Source: a virus (taxonomy: Duplodnaviria; Caudoviricetes). From it: DNA of 29,501 bases. The position numbers and the translations under genes were made by a program. This document shows, piece after piece, positions 16,463 to 25,770 of the stretch. The stretch spans positions 1-29,501 of the IMG/VR virus record IMGVR_UViG_3300049171_000049. One strand, written 5' to 3'. Position 1 is the first letter of the stretch. The number at the start of each line of letters is the position of its first letter. The notes beneath the pieces were generated by a model. The model saw only the letters and a program-made list of their open reading frames with translations. It ran no database searches and was not told the origin of the DNA.

Positions 16463-16693
16463 ATGTCTCCACCGACCCAAGACCCACAGAGACTCCAGCG
16501 CCGCCGCATACAAGCAGGGCTCAACAAGACCGAACTGGCCCGCAAAATCGGGATCAGCAAGTCCTACATGGGACTCCTCGAACGCGGACGCGCCAACGCC
16601 TCACCCCGTGTCCTCAAGCGGCTCGCCGAAGGTCTGAACTGCGAAGTCATCGACCTGATGCCCCCCGAGCCCACCCCGGCTGGTGACGCCTGA
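16463..16693 (+). CDS. Cro-like XRE HTH protein
   Basis: 'LQRRRIQAGLNKTELARKIGISKSYMGLLERGRANAS'. Confidence 0.85.
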   Translation: MSPPTQDPQRLQRRRIQAGLNKTELARKIGISKSYMGLLERGRANASPRVLKRLAEGLNCEVIDLMPPEPTPAGDA

Positions 16694-16899
16694 TGGCCAC
16701 CACCGTCCCCACCCTCGACGAGATCCGCACCTGGCCGGCCACGGTCAGCGTCCCCCAGGCCGCGACCGCGCTCGGCATCTCGAAGGGCTACCTGCACGAC
16801 CTGATCAACCGCGGCGAAGCGCCGGTCAAGGTCCTGCCGCTGAACGGCCGCCACCGCGTCATCACCGCCTCGCTCGTGCGGCTGCTGGACGCCGCCTGA
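16693..16899 (+). CDS. Excisionase-like HTH DNA-binding protein
   Basis: 'WPATVSVPQAATALGISKGYLHDLINRGEAPVKVL...RVITASL', an HTH_17/Xis-like pattern. Confidence 0.75.
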   Translation: MATTVPTLDEIRTWPATVSVPQAATALGISKGYLHDLINRGEAPVKVLPLNGRHRVITASLVRLLDAA

Positions 16900-17015
16900 T
16901 GCGCCGGCTGCTGCGGGCGCTCCTCGGCTGGCAGTGCCCGACCTGCGAACACCGGAACCCGCCGCAGCACATGGCGTGCCGGAAGTGCCGCAGGAACCGC
17001 CCGCTGGGCGCCTGA
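16899..17015 (+). CDS. 38-aa RanBP2/NZF-type zinc-finger peptide
   Basis: TGATG coupling; MRRLLRALLGWQCPTCEHRNPPQHMACRKCRRNRPLGA. Confidence 0.6.
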   Translation: MRRLLRALLGWQCPTCEHRNPPQHMACRKCRRNRPLGA

Positions 17016-17110
17016 CCCCTGAACGCGCCGAAGGGCCGCCTGACTTCCCGGCCTGGCGACCCCACGACTACCGGCGCACCTCTACGAACCAGATGAAGGA
17101 GAGGCCACCG

Positions 17111-17422
17111 ATGGCCAGTAACTCTACCCAGATCAGCGCGGCGACCGCGCTGGTGCAGCTCCTGGCGGAGCACCCGGACCTGCCGGAGGCGGGTTGGTCG
17201 ATCAGCTCGGTCATCTCGGAGTTGCGCGGGTTCGTGCACACCGACTCCATGGCGGGGCTCCTGGCGTATCAGGGCGTGCTCGGCGGGGACGTCCACGAGG
17301 CCAACAGCTACGAGCACTTGGGGCGGACGATGCGCCGTCACGTGCTGAACGCTGTGTGGCGCGATGTGCCGGTCGAGGTTGTCGTGGCGCTGCCGGTGTC
17401 GGTTGCGGCGGTGGCCGCGTGA
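17111..17422 (+). CDS. Hypothetical protein
   Basis: AAGGAGAGG RBS; MASNSTQISAATALVQLLAEHPDLP... Confidence 0.7.
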   Translation: MASNSTQISAATALVQLLAEHPDLPEAGWSISSVISELRGFVHTDSMAGLLAYQGVLGGDVHEANSYEHLGRTMRRHVLNAVWRDVPVEVVVALPVSVAAVAA

Positions 17423-17940
17423 ACACGAGGCGTGTGAACGGCGCGGCGGGCGTGATTCTGGCGGCGCTGGAGCAGAACAGGACGGCGGCGGGGATTGCGC
17501 TGGCGTTGGAGTCGGCGGGGTTGTTGATGACGCCGGAGACGGCCGCGGATATGGCGTCGGTGTCGACGGACGCGGTGCGGGTTGCCGAGGAGTCGCTGGC
17601 GGAGCTGAAGCGGGAGCACGAGGCGAACGCCGCGCTCCGGACCCGGGTCGCCGAGCTGGACGCTCAGCGTGAGGCGCTCTCTGCCCGGCTCCGTGCTGGC
17701 CAGCGCTGGAAGCAGGGCCGCACGCCGGCTCTCGTGAGTCAGGACTTTGTGTCCCAGGACGAGCTTCGGGCCATGTTCGGCATCCCGATGGTCGCCCCCT
17801 GGGACGAGCCGACTAAGCCGGATGCGTTGACGCGGACGTTCGCGCCGACCGCAGCCCTCCGCGAGGACCCGCACGACTCGCCGCTGCATCACGGCTACCG
17901 GCTCGGCCGGGACCTGCCTCAATCGGACGCCGCCCCGTGA
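17419..17940 (+). CDS. Hypothetical coiled-coil protein
   Basis: GTGA overlap; MNTRRVNGAAGVILAA...ALESAGLLMTPE... Confidence 0.7.
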   Translation: MNTRRVNGAAGVILAALEQNRTAAGIALALESAGLLMTPETAADMASVSTDAVRVAEESLAELKREHEANAALRTRVAELDAQREALSARLRAGQRWKQGRTPALVSQDFVSQDELRAMFGIPMVAPWDEPTKPDALTRTFAPTAALREDPHDSPLHHGYRLGRDLPQSDAAP

Positions 17941-18173
17941 TGGGGCACGTGTTGTGGGGCTGGTGCACGCTCCACGCCGTCATCTACCTGGCGCTGCTGT
18001 TCCTCGCGTGGTGGATCGCCCAGCTCGTCTGGCAGCTGCGCTCAGAGCCGCCCGCGCCGAAGCCCCGCCCGACCGCGCCGCAGCGCGTCCCGCATTGGGC
18101 CCGTACGGGCCACCTCTCCTCTTCTTCTCGGCCGCTGGGCCGCCACCGCAAGCACACCGGGAGCACCCGATGA
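17937..18173 (+). CDS. Small membrane protein
   Basis: Overlapping start, N-terminal hydrophobic segment. Confidence 0.55.
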   Translation: MMGHVLWGWCTLHAVIYLALLFLAWWIAQLVWQLRSEPPAPKPRPTAPQRVPHWARTGHLSSSSRPLGRHRKHTGSTR

Positions 18174-18544
18174 ACCACTACCGCATCGACGCGCCGATCC
18201 CCGTCACCCTGCGCCCCACCGAGAACGGCGTCGACATCGACGTCTCGATGTTCCTGATCCGTGCCGTGTTCGTCGAGCTGTTCCAGTCGGCGGCGGAGGA
18301 CCCGGAGGGCTTCGGCGAGGAGTTCGCCGACATGCACCAGCTGGCCCTGTCGGCACAGCACCAGGGCAAGGACTCGCACGCCCGTCACGAGTTCGACGCC
18401 CGCATGGAGAAGCTGCTGGAGCAGTACGCCGGTGACGGCCGGATCGAGGTCTACGGCACCGGGCTGCGGCAGATGCGGGACGCCACCGCCGAACTCACCG
18501 CGCCCCGCCCCGTCCCCGCCCAGCGCGAGGCAGGTGCGGCATGA
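18170..18544 (+). CDS. Hypothetical protein
   Basis: ATGA overlap; MNHYRIDAPIPVTLRPTENG... Confidence 0.7.
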   Translation: MNHYRIDAPIPVTLRPTENGVDIDVSMFLIRAVFVELFQSAAEDPEGFGEEFADMHQLALSAQHQGKDSHARHEFDARMEKLLEQYAGDGRIEVYGTGLRQMRDATAELTAPRPVPAQREAGAA

Positions 18545-19113
18545 AGTGCGAGGAGTCGTACCCGCAGGGCTCCTACGAGGAGTGCCAGCTCGACCTCGGC
18601 CACCGAGGCGACCACGAGTACTTCGCTAAGAAGTGGGCCCGACCCGAACCGGCCGAGCCGAACCCGGCCGTCGAGGCGATCCTCGACCGCGCGATCCGCG
18701 AGACGCGCACGTGGGGCGAAGACGAGCGCCGCTACCCCGTCGTCATCGAGCGGACCCAGGTCTACGTCGTCTGGGTCGACGCCGACTGCGAGGACAACGC
18801 GCTGAAGGATGCGGCCGACGAGCCGTGGGAGTTCGACACCAGCAAAGAGACGCCGATCGACGGCTCTGACGAGGTGCGCAGGCTCGACAAGTTCGAGCGC
18901 ACCGAGGCGTTCCGGTCGGAGATCGGCTACGAGTACGGGCCTCGCATCCAGTGCCCCGGCTGTGGCCGCTCCTCCTTCCGCCGCGAGTGGTTCCACAACC
19001 CGATGCGGAAGTGCCACGGCCCCATCGAGTGGGACGAGACGAAGGCGCCGAGTCCGCGCTACCGCTGGTACCGCAAGCAGCAGGCCCACGCCGGATACGG
19101 GGGTGCCCTGTGA
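18541..19113 (+). CDS. Hypothetical protein with Cys/His metal-binding motifs
   Basis: ATGA overlap; 'C...CQLDLGHRGDH' and 'CPGC...H...CH'. Confidence 0.7.
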   Translation: MKCEESYPQGSYEECQLDLGHRGDHEYFAKKWARPEPAEPNPAVEAILDRAIRETRTWGEDERRYPVVIERTQVYVVWVDADCEDNALKDAADEPWEFDTSKETPIDGSDEVRRLDKFERTEAFRSEIGYEYGPRIQCPGCGRSSFRREWFHNPMRKCHGPIEWDETKAPSPRYRWYRKQQAHAGYGGAL

Positions 19114-19331
19114 GCGCCGTGCAGCCGATCAGTGCGGGCCCGCAGACCCGCATCGCCCACCTCGTCGCAGCGCTCGTCGCCCGGCAGCGGCTCGCCGCCC
19201 TGGAAACCGCACGCCGCAACCTGCCGCTCGACCACCCGTACCGGCACGACCTCGACCACGACGCCGACACCCGCTTCGCAGCCCTCGCCTGCGCTTGCGA
19301 CGACCCCTGCGCCTGCGAGGAGACGCCGTGA
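19110..19331 (+). CDS. Hypothetical protein
   Basis: GTGA overlaps at both ends; C-terminal CACDDPCAC. Confidence 0.55.
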   Translation: MSAVQPISAGPQTRIAHLVAALVARQRLAALETARRNLPLDHPYRHDLDHDADTRFAALACACDDPCACEETP

Positions 19332-19594
19332 CCCACATCCGCGTCAACCACGCCCATACCGCCGAAAAGCTCCGCACCAACCCCGGCCAGTGGATGCCCG
19401 TCGGCGAATACCGCAACCGGACCACCGCCGACAACATCGCCGCGATGATCCGCGCCGGGCAGTGGACGAGCGGCAAGTGGTACCAGCCCGCCGGCGCCTA
19501 CGAGGCCCGCGCCGAGATGACCGACGACGGCACCCGCATCGAAGCCCGCTACGTCGGCACCACCCTGAACTCCCGGAAGGACGTGCGCCCGTGA
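19328..19594 (+). CDS. Hypothetical protein
   Basis: GTGA overlap; MTHIRVNHAHTAEKLRTNPGQWMPVGEY...YEAR...ARYVG. Confidence 0.65.
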   Translation: MTHIRVNHAHTAEKLRTNPGQWMPVGEYRNRTTADNIAAMIRAGQWTSGKWYQPAGAYEARAEMTDDGTRIEARYVGTTLNSRKDVRP

Positions 19595-20715
19595 GCGCCG
19601 AGATCATGCAGGCGGGCGGCGCCCTCGCCATCCGCCCCGACCAGACCGACTGGACCCCAGACCAGGCCCTGGTCCTCCAGCAGTCCGGCATCGACGACGA
19701 CGTCACCAAGGCCGAGCTGGCCGGTTTCCTCCACCTGTGCCAGCGCACCCGCCTGGACCCGTTCTCCCGCCAGATCTACCTGATCGGCCGGAAGGACAAG
19801 AGGGCCGGGCGGAAGGTCTTCACGCCGCAGACCGGCATCGACGGCTACCGCGTGGTCGCGCACCGAGTGATCGCCGAGACGCGTGAGTCGTTCGGGTACG
19901 AGGACACCCTCTGGTGCGACGCGGCTGGCAACTGGCGCGACGTGTGGCTGCCCGAGGAGGCGCCTGCCGCCGCGAAGGTGACGGTCTTGCGGAACGGGCA
20001 GCGGTTCTCCGCCGTGGCGTTGTACCGCGAGTACGTCCAGACCGACTACAACGGCAACCCCACCCGCATGTGGAAGAACATGGGCGCCAACCAGATCGCG
20101 AAGTGTGCGGAGGCGCTGGCGCTGCGGAAGGCGTTCCCGCACGACTTGGCCGGGGTGTACACCGCTGAGGAGATGGCGCAGGCCGACAACCCCGCCCCGG
20201 AGCGGCACCTGCGCCAGGTCCAGCAGGGCGAGGGCGACCCGTGGGCCACGCCCGGGCCGGGCGCCGAGCAGCCCCGCCCTGCTGCGGTGCACGGTCGGTC
20301 CCAGCCCGCGCAGGACTTCGCTACGGATGCGGCGGAGGCGACCGCCCCGGGCGCCGTGAAGGAGATCTACCGGCAGGCGCACGCGGCCGGTCTCCTCGCC
20401 GAGACGGTGAAGACGCCGGAGCGCGAGCTGCTGGAGCTCGGCGCGTACCTGATCGCCCGTGGTCAGCAGCTCGCCGAGCCTACGCCGTCCGGCGACGAGA
20501 AGCAGGGCGGTGACGAGGTGCCGGACGTCGAGGTCGTCGCCGAGGGCGAGACCGAGGCGGACATCGCCGAGCGGGAGCTGCGCGCAGCCGCCGCGAAGGC
20601 CGGACTCGACAACCTCGACGAGGAGTTCGAGCAGAGCTACGGGCTGCCCATCGCCCAGGCCGGCGCCCAGCAGATCCGCCAGATGACGCAGATCCTCACC
20701 GGCTCCGCCGCCTGA
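19591..20715 (+). CDS. bet: Single-strand annealing recombinase, Bet/RecT family
   Basis: 'FLHLCQRTRLDPFSRQIYLI', 'QTGIDGYRVVAHR', 'MWKNM..NQIAKCAEALALRKAFP..LAGVYTAEEM'. Confidence 0.92.
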   Translation: MSAEIMQAGGALAIRPDQTDWTPDQALVLQQSGIDDDVTKAELAGFLHLCQRTRLDPFSRQIYLIGRKDKRAGRKVFTPQTGIDGYRVVAHRVIAETRESFGYEDTLWCDAAGNWRDVWLPEEAPAAAKVTVLRNGQRFSAVALYREYVQTDYNGNPTRMWKNMGANQIAKCAEALALRKAFPHDLAGVYTAEEMAQADNPAPERHLRQVQQGEGDPWATPGPGAEQPRPAAVHGRSQPAQDFATDAAEATAPGAVKEIYRQAHAAGLLAETVKTPERELLELGAYLIARGQQLAEPTPSGDEKQGGDEVPDVEVVAEGETEADIAERELRAAAAKAGLDNLDEEFEQSYGLPIAQAGAQQIRQMTQILTGSAA

Positions 20716-20729
20716 CCACCGCACCAGAT

Positions 20730-20768
20730 GGGGCCGTCCTGCCCGTCCGAAGCAGGCAGGACGGCCCC
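20730..20768. terminator. Perfect 14-bp stem-loop after bet
   Basis: GGGGCCGTCCTGCC ... GGCAGGACGGCCCC. Confidence 0.6.
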
Positions 20769-20785
20769 GCCCAAGGAGAACACAG

Positions 20786-21316
20786 ATGAGCCTGAAAGAG
20801 GCAGCAGCCCGCGAGGCCTACCTCAAGACCCTCGTCGACGTCGTCAACGACGCGTACAAGGCGGCCCGGGCCGAGACCCAGACGCTCCTCGACACCGCTG
20901 CCGAGGAGACCGGCGCCCGCCAGGTCGCCGTCACCCTGCCCGACGGACCGGATATCGCCACCGTGAGTCTCGCCTCCGGTGAGACCGCGGCGAAGGTCAT
21001 CGACGAGGACAAGTTCACCGCGTGGGTGCGGGAGAACTTCGCCAGCGAGATCGAGCGGCGGTTCGTCACCACGGTGCGCGAGGCGTTCACGAAGAAGATC
21101 CTCGCCGAGCTGACCGCGGCAGGCGGTACGGAATGGCCCGACCCCGAGACCGGTGTGATCCATGACGTGCCGGGCGTGGCGATCGCCCCGGCCCGGGCGC
21201 GCACGCACGCCGTGCGGTTCAAGAAGGACGGCCGCGAGCAGGTCATGCAGGCCTGGCGCGAAGGCCGCCTCGCCACCGTGGCGCTGCCCGAGCTCACCGC
21301 CGGAGGTGCCGAATGA
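20786..21316 (+). CDS. Recombination-module hypothetical protein (possibly Gam/Gp157-like)
   Basis: AAGGAG RBS. Helical N-terminus, then 'VIDEDKFTAWV...DPETGVIHDVPGV'. Family call is tentative. Confidence 0.55.
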   Translation: MSLKEAAAREAYLKTLVDVVNDAYKAARAETQTLLDTAAEETGARQVAVTLPDGPDIATVSLASGETAAKVIDEDKFTAWVRENFASEIERRFVTTVREAFTKKILAELTAAGGTEWPDPETGVIHDVPGVAIAPARARTHAVRFKKDGREQVMQAWREGRLATVALPELTAGGAE

Positions 21317-22032
21317 GCACCCCCACGCAGAGCTCGTGGCACCGCGGGCCGCTCGCCTCATACGACTGCGAGACCAACGGCGTCAGCATCAGCCAGGACC
21401 GCATCGTGTCCGCCGCCCTGATCCACCCGGACGGGAAGACCACCCACTGGCTGTCCGACCTCGACGGCGCCGAGATCCCCAAGGCCGCGAGCGACGTCCA
21501 CGGCATCAACACCGAGCAGGCGCGGGCACACGGCCGCCCGGCGAAGCAGGTCATCGAGGAGATCGCTACCGCGCTCGCGGGTGAACTCGCCGGCCAGGTC
21601 GCGCTCGTCGTGATGAACGCCCCGTTCGACCTCAGCCTGCTCGACGCCGAGTGCCGCCGCCACGGTGTCCGTACGGTCGCCGACCGGCTCGGCACCTGGG
21701 TGGCCCCGGTCGTGGATCCGCTTGTTCTGGATCGGGCCGCCGACCGGTTCCGGCGCGGCAAGCGGACGTTGGAGGCTCTCTCCGCCCACTACGGGGTACC
21801 GCTGACGGACGCGCACACCGCTGACGCCGACGCCGCAGCCGCCCTCGACGTGGCCTGCGCGATCGCTGAGAAGTACCCGGCCCTCCAGGTCCCCGCCTCG
21901 GTGCTGCACGACTGGCAGGTGCAGTGGCACGCCCGGTGGGCCGCCGACTTCGAGGCCCACCTGAAGAAGAGCGGAAAGCCCGCATCCATCGACGGCTCTT
22001 GGCCGCTGCGCCCCATCGGAGTTGACGCCTGA
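21313..22032 (+). CDS. DEDDh 3'-5' exonuclease (DnaQ-like)
   Basis: ExoI 'YDCETNG', 'VHGI', ExoII 'NAPFD', ExoIII 'AHTADADA'. Confidence 0.9.
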   Translation: MSTPTQSSWHRGPLASYDCETNGVSISQDRIVSAALIHPDGKTTHWLSDLDGAEIPKAASDVHGINTEQARAHGRPAKQVIEEIATALAGELAGQVALVVMNAPFDLSLLDAECRRHGVRTVADRLGTWVAPVVDPLVLDRAADRFRRGKRTLEALSAHYGVPLTDAHTADADAAAALDVACAIAEKYPALQVPASVLHDWQVQWHARWAADFEAHLKKSGKPASIDGSWPLRPIGVDA

Positions 22033-22358
22033 TGTTCGTGACCCTGGCCAAGTACAAGGCCCTGCTGCGCCGGTGCGAGCGGGAGACCGCGGCCCGTGAG
22101 GCGGCGGAACGCAAGCTCGACGAGAAGGACGCCGCCCTCCTCAAGATGCAGGGCCTGGTGCAGCACCAGCGCGACCAGTACCCGACGGCGCCGCTGCCAT
22201 ACCCGCAGGCGCCCGTCGGGGACGCGGAGCTGCGCCGTCAGCTGGCCCTCGCGAAGCGGGCGCTGGCGGAGACCGTCGACCGCTGCGTCGCCCTGCAGGA
22301 CGCGAACGTGTCCCTCACCGAGGAACTGCGCGCCCAGCGTGAGGGGGCGACGGCGTGA
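22032..22358 (+). CDS. Hypothetical coiled-coil protein
   Basis: TGATG coupling, heptad-rich. Confidence 0.65.
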   Translation: MFVTLAKYKALLRRCERETAAREAAERKLDEKDAALLKMQGLVQHQRDQYPTAPLPYPQAPVGDAELRRQLALAKRALAETVDRCVALQDANVSLTEELRAQREGATA

Positions 22359-22597
22359 CCCGTACCCGGATCCTCGCCCTGCCCAGACCGCTGCGACTCG
22401 CCGCCCAGCTCGTGTGGCCGACCGGCCTCCACCGCACCCGGCCCGTCGTGTTCCCGCCCGCACCGTACGGGGCGATCGCCGTACAGGCCTTCCGCTACTG
22501 CCGGCCGTGCGACATCGAGACCGCGGCCGTCCTCCACCCGGGCGGCGCCCACACCTGCACCGAAGGCCACCTCACCGTTCCTGGGGGGAACCAGTGA
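22355..22597 (+). CDS. Small putative zinc-binding protein
   Basis: GTGA overlap; 'CRPC...CTEGH'. Confidence 0.6.
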   Translation: MTRTRILALPRPLRLAAQLVWPTGLHRTRPVVFPPAPYGAIAVQAFRYCRPCDIETAAVLHPGGAHTCTEGHLTVPGGNQ

Positions 22598-22971
22598 CCA
22601 ACCGCAACAAGGCGAAGGGCTCCAGCTGGGAGCGCGCCATCGTCGAACACCTCAAGGCCGAGGGCTGGCCGTTCGCCGAACGCCGCATCGCCGGGGCCAC
22701 GAAGGACCGCGGGGACATCGCCGGCGTCGTTGGGGTCGTGATCGAGGCGAAGAACACCAGCCGCCTGACGCTCGCCGAGTGGATCGACGAGACCGAGGAC
22801 GAGCGGCAGAACGACGGCGCATGGCTCGGCGTCGTGTGGCACCACCGCAAGGGGAAGGCCTCCGCCGCCGACGGCTACGTCACCATGACGGGCGCCCAGT
22901 TCACCGACCTCCTGGCCCGGGCGCTCGACATCCAGACCGTCATCCCCGTCGACGGCGAGGAGGTCGCGTAA
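22594..22971 (+). CDS. Holliday junction resolvase-like PD-(D/E)xK nuclease
   Basis: 'KAKGSSWER...AERR..G..DRGDI....VIEAKN'. Confidence 0.8.
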   Translation: MTNRNKAKGSSWERAIVEHLKAEGWPFAERRIAGATKDRGDIAGVVGVVIEAKNTSRLTLAEWIDETEDERQNDGAWLGVVWHHRKGKASAADGYVTMTGAQFTDLLARALDIQTVIPVDGEEVA

Positions 22972-24683
22972 TGGCCGCCCCGTCGAAGAAGAAGCCCCGC
23001 ACGGCCACGCACCGGCCGGCCACCAAGCGCCGCAGATTCCGCCACGACGACCTCGTCGCCGTCGATCTCTTCAGCGGCTTCGGCGGCCTTACCAAGGGCG
23101 TCGAGGATGCCGGGTTCACCACGATCATGGCCGCGAACCACAACGCCTACAAGGTCGAGGTCCACGAGCGGAACCACCCCGACGCCGAACACTGGATCGC
23201 CGACCTCGTCGACCCCGAGGCGGCCGACTACCACTCGGCCCGGGACCTCCCCGCAGCCGACCTGCTGGTCGCGGGCGTTTCCTGCGTCAACCACTCGCTC
23301 GCCAACACGATCCGGGCCTACAGGCAGGGCGCGACGCTGTTCGATCTGGAGGACCCCGACTACGAGGAGCGGGTCACCCGGTCGGAGCGGGACCGGGCCA
23401 CCGCGACCTGCGTCCTCCAGTACGCCGCCAAGCACCACCCGCGCCTCATCCTCGTTGAGTGCACCACCCAGCTCACCTCCTGGGGGATCGCGCTGCCCGG
23501 TCGCAAGAAGGTCGGGGACGGCTCGACCTACCGGTGGTGGCTCAACCAGTTCGACCTGCTCGGCTACAACCACACGGTTCTGTACCTGAACTCACAGTTC
23601 TTCGGCGTGCCGCAGTCCCGGGACCGCGGCTACTGGGTGTTCGTCGACAAGTCCCTGCCGATGCCCGACCTGGAGCACCGGCCGGTGTCGCACTGCCACC
23701 ACTGCGACAAGGACGTCGAAGCGGTGTGGACGTGGAAGACCGGGCCCACGGAGTCCGGCACGGTGATGTATGGCAAGCAGTACGAGTACCGGTGCCCCAG
23801 CTGCCGCCGCCCGGTCGTCCCGCCGATGACCCCGTCGCTCGCCGCGCTCGATCTCACCGACCTGGGCACGCGCATCGGCGACAAGCCCGTCAAGACGTTC
23901 AAGGACGGCTTCGTCGGCCCGCTCGCCCGGTCGTCGATGGCCCGCGCAGAACGGTGCCGCCAGAAGTTCGCCGACTTCCCCGCGATCCTCATGCCAGCGA
24001 AGGGCGTCCACGGCTCAGAGCGGCTCCTTCTCCAGCCGATGGCGACGCAGACCAGCCAGCAGGAGACCGCGATCCTGTCGACCGGCCCGGTCGCCGATCC
24101 GCTGTGGGCTCAGGCCGCCGCTGGTGGTCTGGCAGCGCTCGCGGTGGACAACTTCCAAGGTGCCGCGCGCGGCGCAGGGGAGCCGCTCCCCACACAGGTC
24201 GGGTCGGAGACCCTCGCCGTGCTGTCCTCCGGTGTCATCCCGTACCGGAAGAACACGGTGCCCACGCTGCACAGCGAGGCGATGCCCACCTTCACGTCGG
24301 AGCAGATCCCCGCGGTGCTGACGGCCGCCGGCTGGTACAAGCAGAACGGGCCCACGGGCAACGAGACTGCGCCTCACCCGGTCACCGATCCGCTCGGCAC
24401 CCTCACCTCACGCGACACGACCGCGCTGCTCATGGCGCAGTGGCAGGCGTCGCTGGCTGAACTGCCGCTGGAGGACTGCTTCTACCGGATGATGGCCGCG
24501 CACGAGATTGGCCGTGGCTGCGGCTTCGACGTCGACTTCAACGACTACCGCGGCACGTTCATCGTCTGGGGCTCCGCCCGCGACCAGGTCGACGGGTTCG
24601 GCAACGCCGTCTCCCCGCAGGTCGGTACCTGGATCGGCGCCCGGCTGCGGGCCGTCCTCCACCGGGCAGAGGTGGCTGCCTGA
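22971..24683 (+). CDS. DNA cytosine-C5 methyltransferase (variant motifs, Zn-ribbon insert)
   Basis: Motif I 'DLFSGFGG', IV 'AGVSC', VI 'LVEC', VIII 'GVPQSRDR', X 'GNAV'; GAGGAGG RBS before ATG 22971. Confidence 0.88.
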   Translation: MAAPSKKKPRTATHRPATKRRRFRHDDLVAVDLFSGFGGLTKGVEDAGFTTIMAANHNAYKVEVHERNHPDAEHWIADLVDPEAADYHSARDLPAADLLVAGVSCVNHSLANTIRAYRQGATLFDLEDPDYEERVTRSERDRATATCVLQYAAKHHPRLILVECTTQLTSWGIALPGRKKVGDGSTYRWWLNQFDLLGYNHTVLYLNSQFFGVPQSRDRGYWVFVDKSLPMPDLEHRPVSHCHHCDKDVEAVWTWKTGPTESGTVMYGKQYEYRCPSCRRPVVPPMTPSLAALDLTDLGTRIGDKPVKTFKDGFVGPLARSSMARAERCRQKFADFPAILMPAKGVHGSERLLLQPMATQTSQQETAILSTGPVADPLWAQAAAGGLAALAVDNFQGAARGAGEPLPTQVGSETLAVLSSGVIPYRKNTVPTLHSEAMPTFTSEQIPAVLTAAGWYKQNGPTGNETAPHPVTDPLGTLTSRDTTALLMAQWQASLAELPLEDCFYRMMAAHEIGRGCGFDVDFNDYRGTFIVWGSARDQVDGFGNAVSPQVGTWIGARLRAVLHRAEVAA

Positions 24684-25123
24684 TGCCCGGACCCGTGGGC
24701 GTGCCGCGTGCCGCGATCGTCGAGCTCCTGCAAGAGGGCCACTCCGACCGGTACATCGGCCAGGTGCTCCGCGCCAACCCGAAGCGCGCCGGCCGGATCC
24801 GCGCGGAGCTCGGGCTGCCGAAGAGTGAACGCAAGCAGGGGCTGACTCTCGAACAGAAGTGGCGCACCCGTGCGCAGGCGGTCACCGGCGGCCACATGAG
24901 GTGGACCGGCGCCATCCGTTCCGGGATGCCGAACCTCGCCCACCGGCAGCGCAACCACTCCGCCCGCCGTGTCGCGTTCCGTATCGCCAACGACCGCGAC
25001 CCCGTCGGCCGGGTCCTGCCTGGCTGCGGCCAGTCCTGGTGCATCTCACCCGAGCACGCCACGGACGAGCCCATGCGCCGCTCGGACGCCCTGTACACCC
25101 AGATCTTCAGGAGCACTTCGTGA
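24683..25123 (+). CDS. HTH plus degenerate HNH/His-Cys-like domain protein
   Basis: N-terminal HTH 'GHSDRYIGQVL'; C-terminal 'WTGA...ARRVAF...CGQSWCISPEH'. Confidence 0.6.
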   Translation: MPGPVGVPRAAIVELLQEGHSDRYIGQVLRANPKRAGRIRAELGLPKSERKQGLTLEQKWRTRAQAVTGGHMRWTGAIRSGMPNLAHRQRNHSARRVAFRIANDRDPVGRVLPGCGQSWCISPEHATDEPMRRSDALYTQIFRSTS

Positions 25124-25770
25124 CCCACCACACCGGCTCCGTCCCGGAGACGAAGCGCAAGGCGGACTGGCGTGCCGAGGGCGCCTGCCGCGGCAGCAAC
25201 AACGACGCCTGGTTCCCCAACCGGACCAACGTCCACGGCATCCGGGCCGTCAAGAATGTCTGCTTCGCCTGCCCCGTCATGTTCCAGTGCGCCCAGTTCG
25301 CCCTCAGCACCCGCCAGGACGAAGGCGTATGGGGCGGCCTCTCTGAAGGCCAGCGCACCACCCTGGTCAAGAAGCACCGCACCGGCGCCTTCGACAGCCT
25401 CGACACGGTCCGGGGACTCGTCCTCAACTCCCTGCGCCAGGAGCTCAACCCCATCCACTCGCTCCGGGACCTGTGGGACGACCGCACCCACGACCTGCCC
25501 GGCGGGCACATCGGCTGGAACGGGGACAGCGGCAGCTTCTCCTTCGACGGCCACGTCTACACGCCGAAGCAGCTCGCGTTCCTCCTCGACCGCGGGCACA
25601 AGGCGGTGGGCATCGTCCGCCGACTGCCGGACTGCCCGGTCACCGAGTGCGTCAACCCGCGGCACCTCGCGGACAACGAGGAGCGGTGGCGGCGCAAGAA
25701 GGCCGAAGAGCTCGCCGCCGCTCAGGCCGCTGCCCGAGCCCAGTACGCGGCCGACGACCTCGCGTCATGA
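25120..25770 (+). CDS. whiB: WhiB-family regulator fused to a degenerate HNH-like domain
   Basis: 'W...GAC...WFP...CFACPV..QC...GVWGGL' (4 Cys plus GVWGG); C-terminal 'CPVTECVNPRHL'. Confidence 0.85.
   Translation: MTHHTGSVPETKRKADWRAEGACRGSNNDAWFPNRTNVHGIRAVKNVCFACPVMFQCAQFALSTRQDEGVWGGLSEGQRTTLVKKHRTGAFDSLDTVRGLVLNSLRQELNPIHSLRDLWDDRTHDLPGGHIGWNGDSGSFSFDGHVYTPKQLAFLLDRGHKAVGIVRRLPDCPVTECVNPRHLADNEERWRRKKAEELAAAQAAARAQYAADDLAS

Noticed and set aside
17032-17061. Imperfect hairpin after the zinc-finger ORF
   Set aside because: Short stem with mismatches; cannot be distinguished from chance without comparative data.
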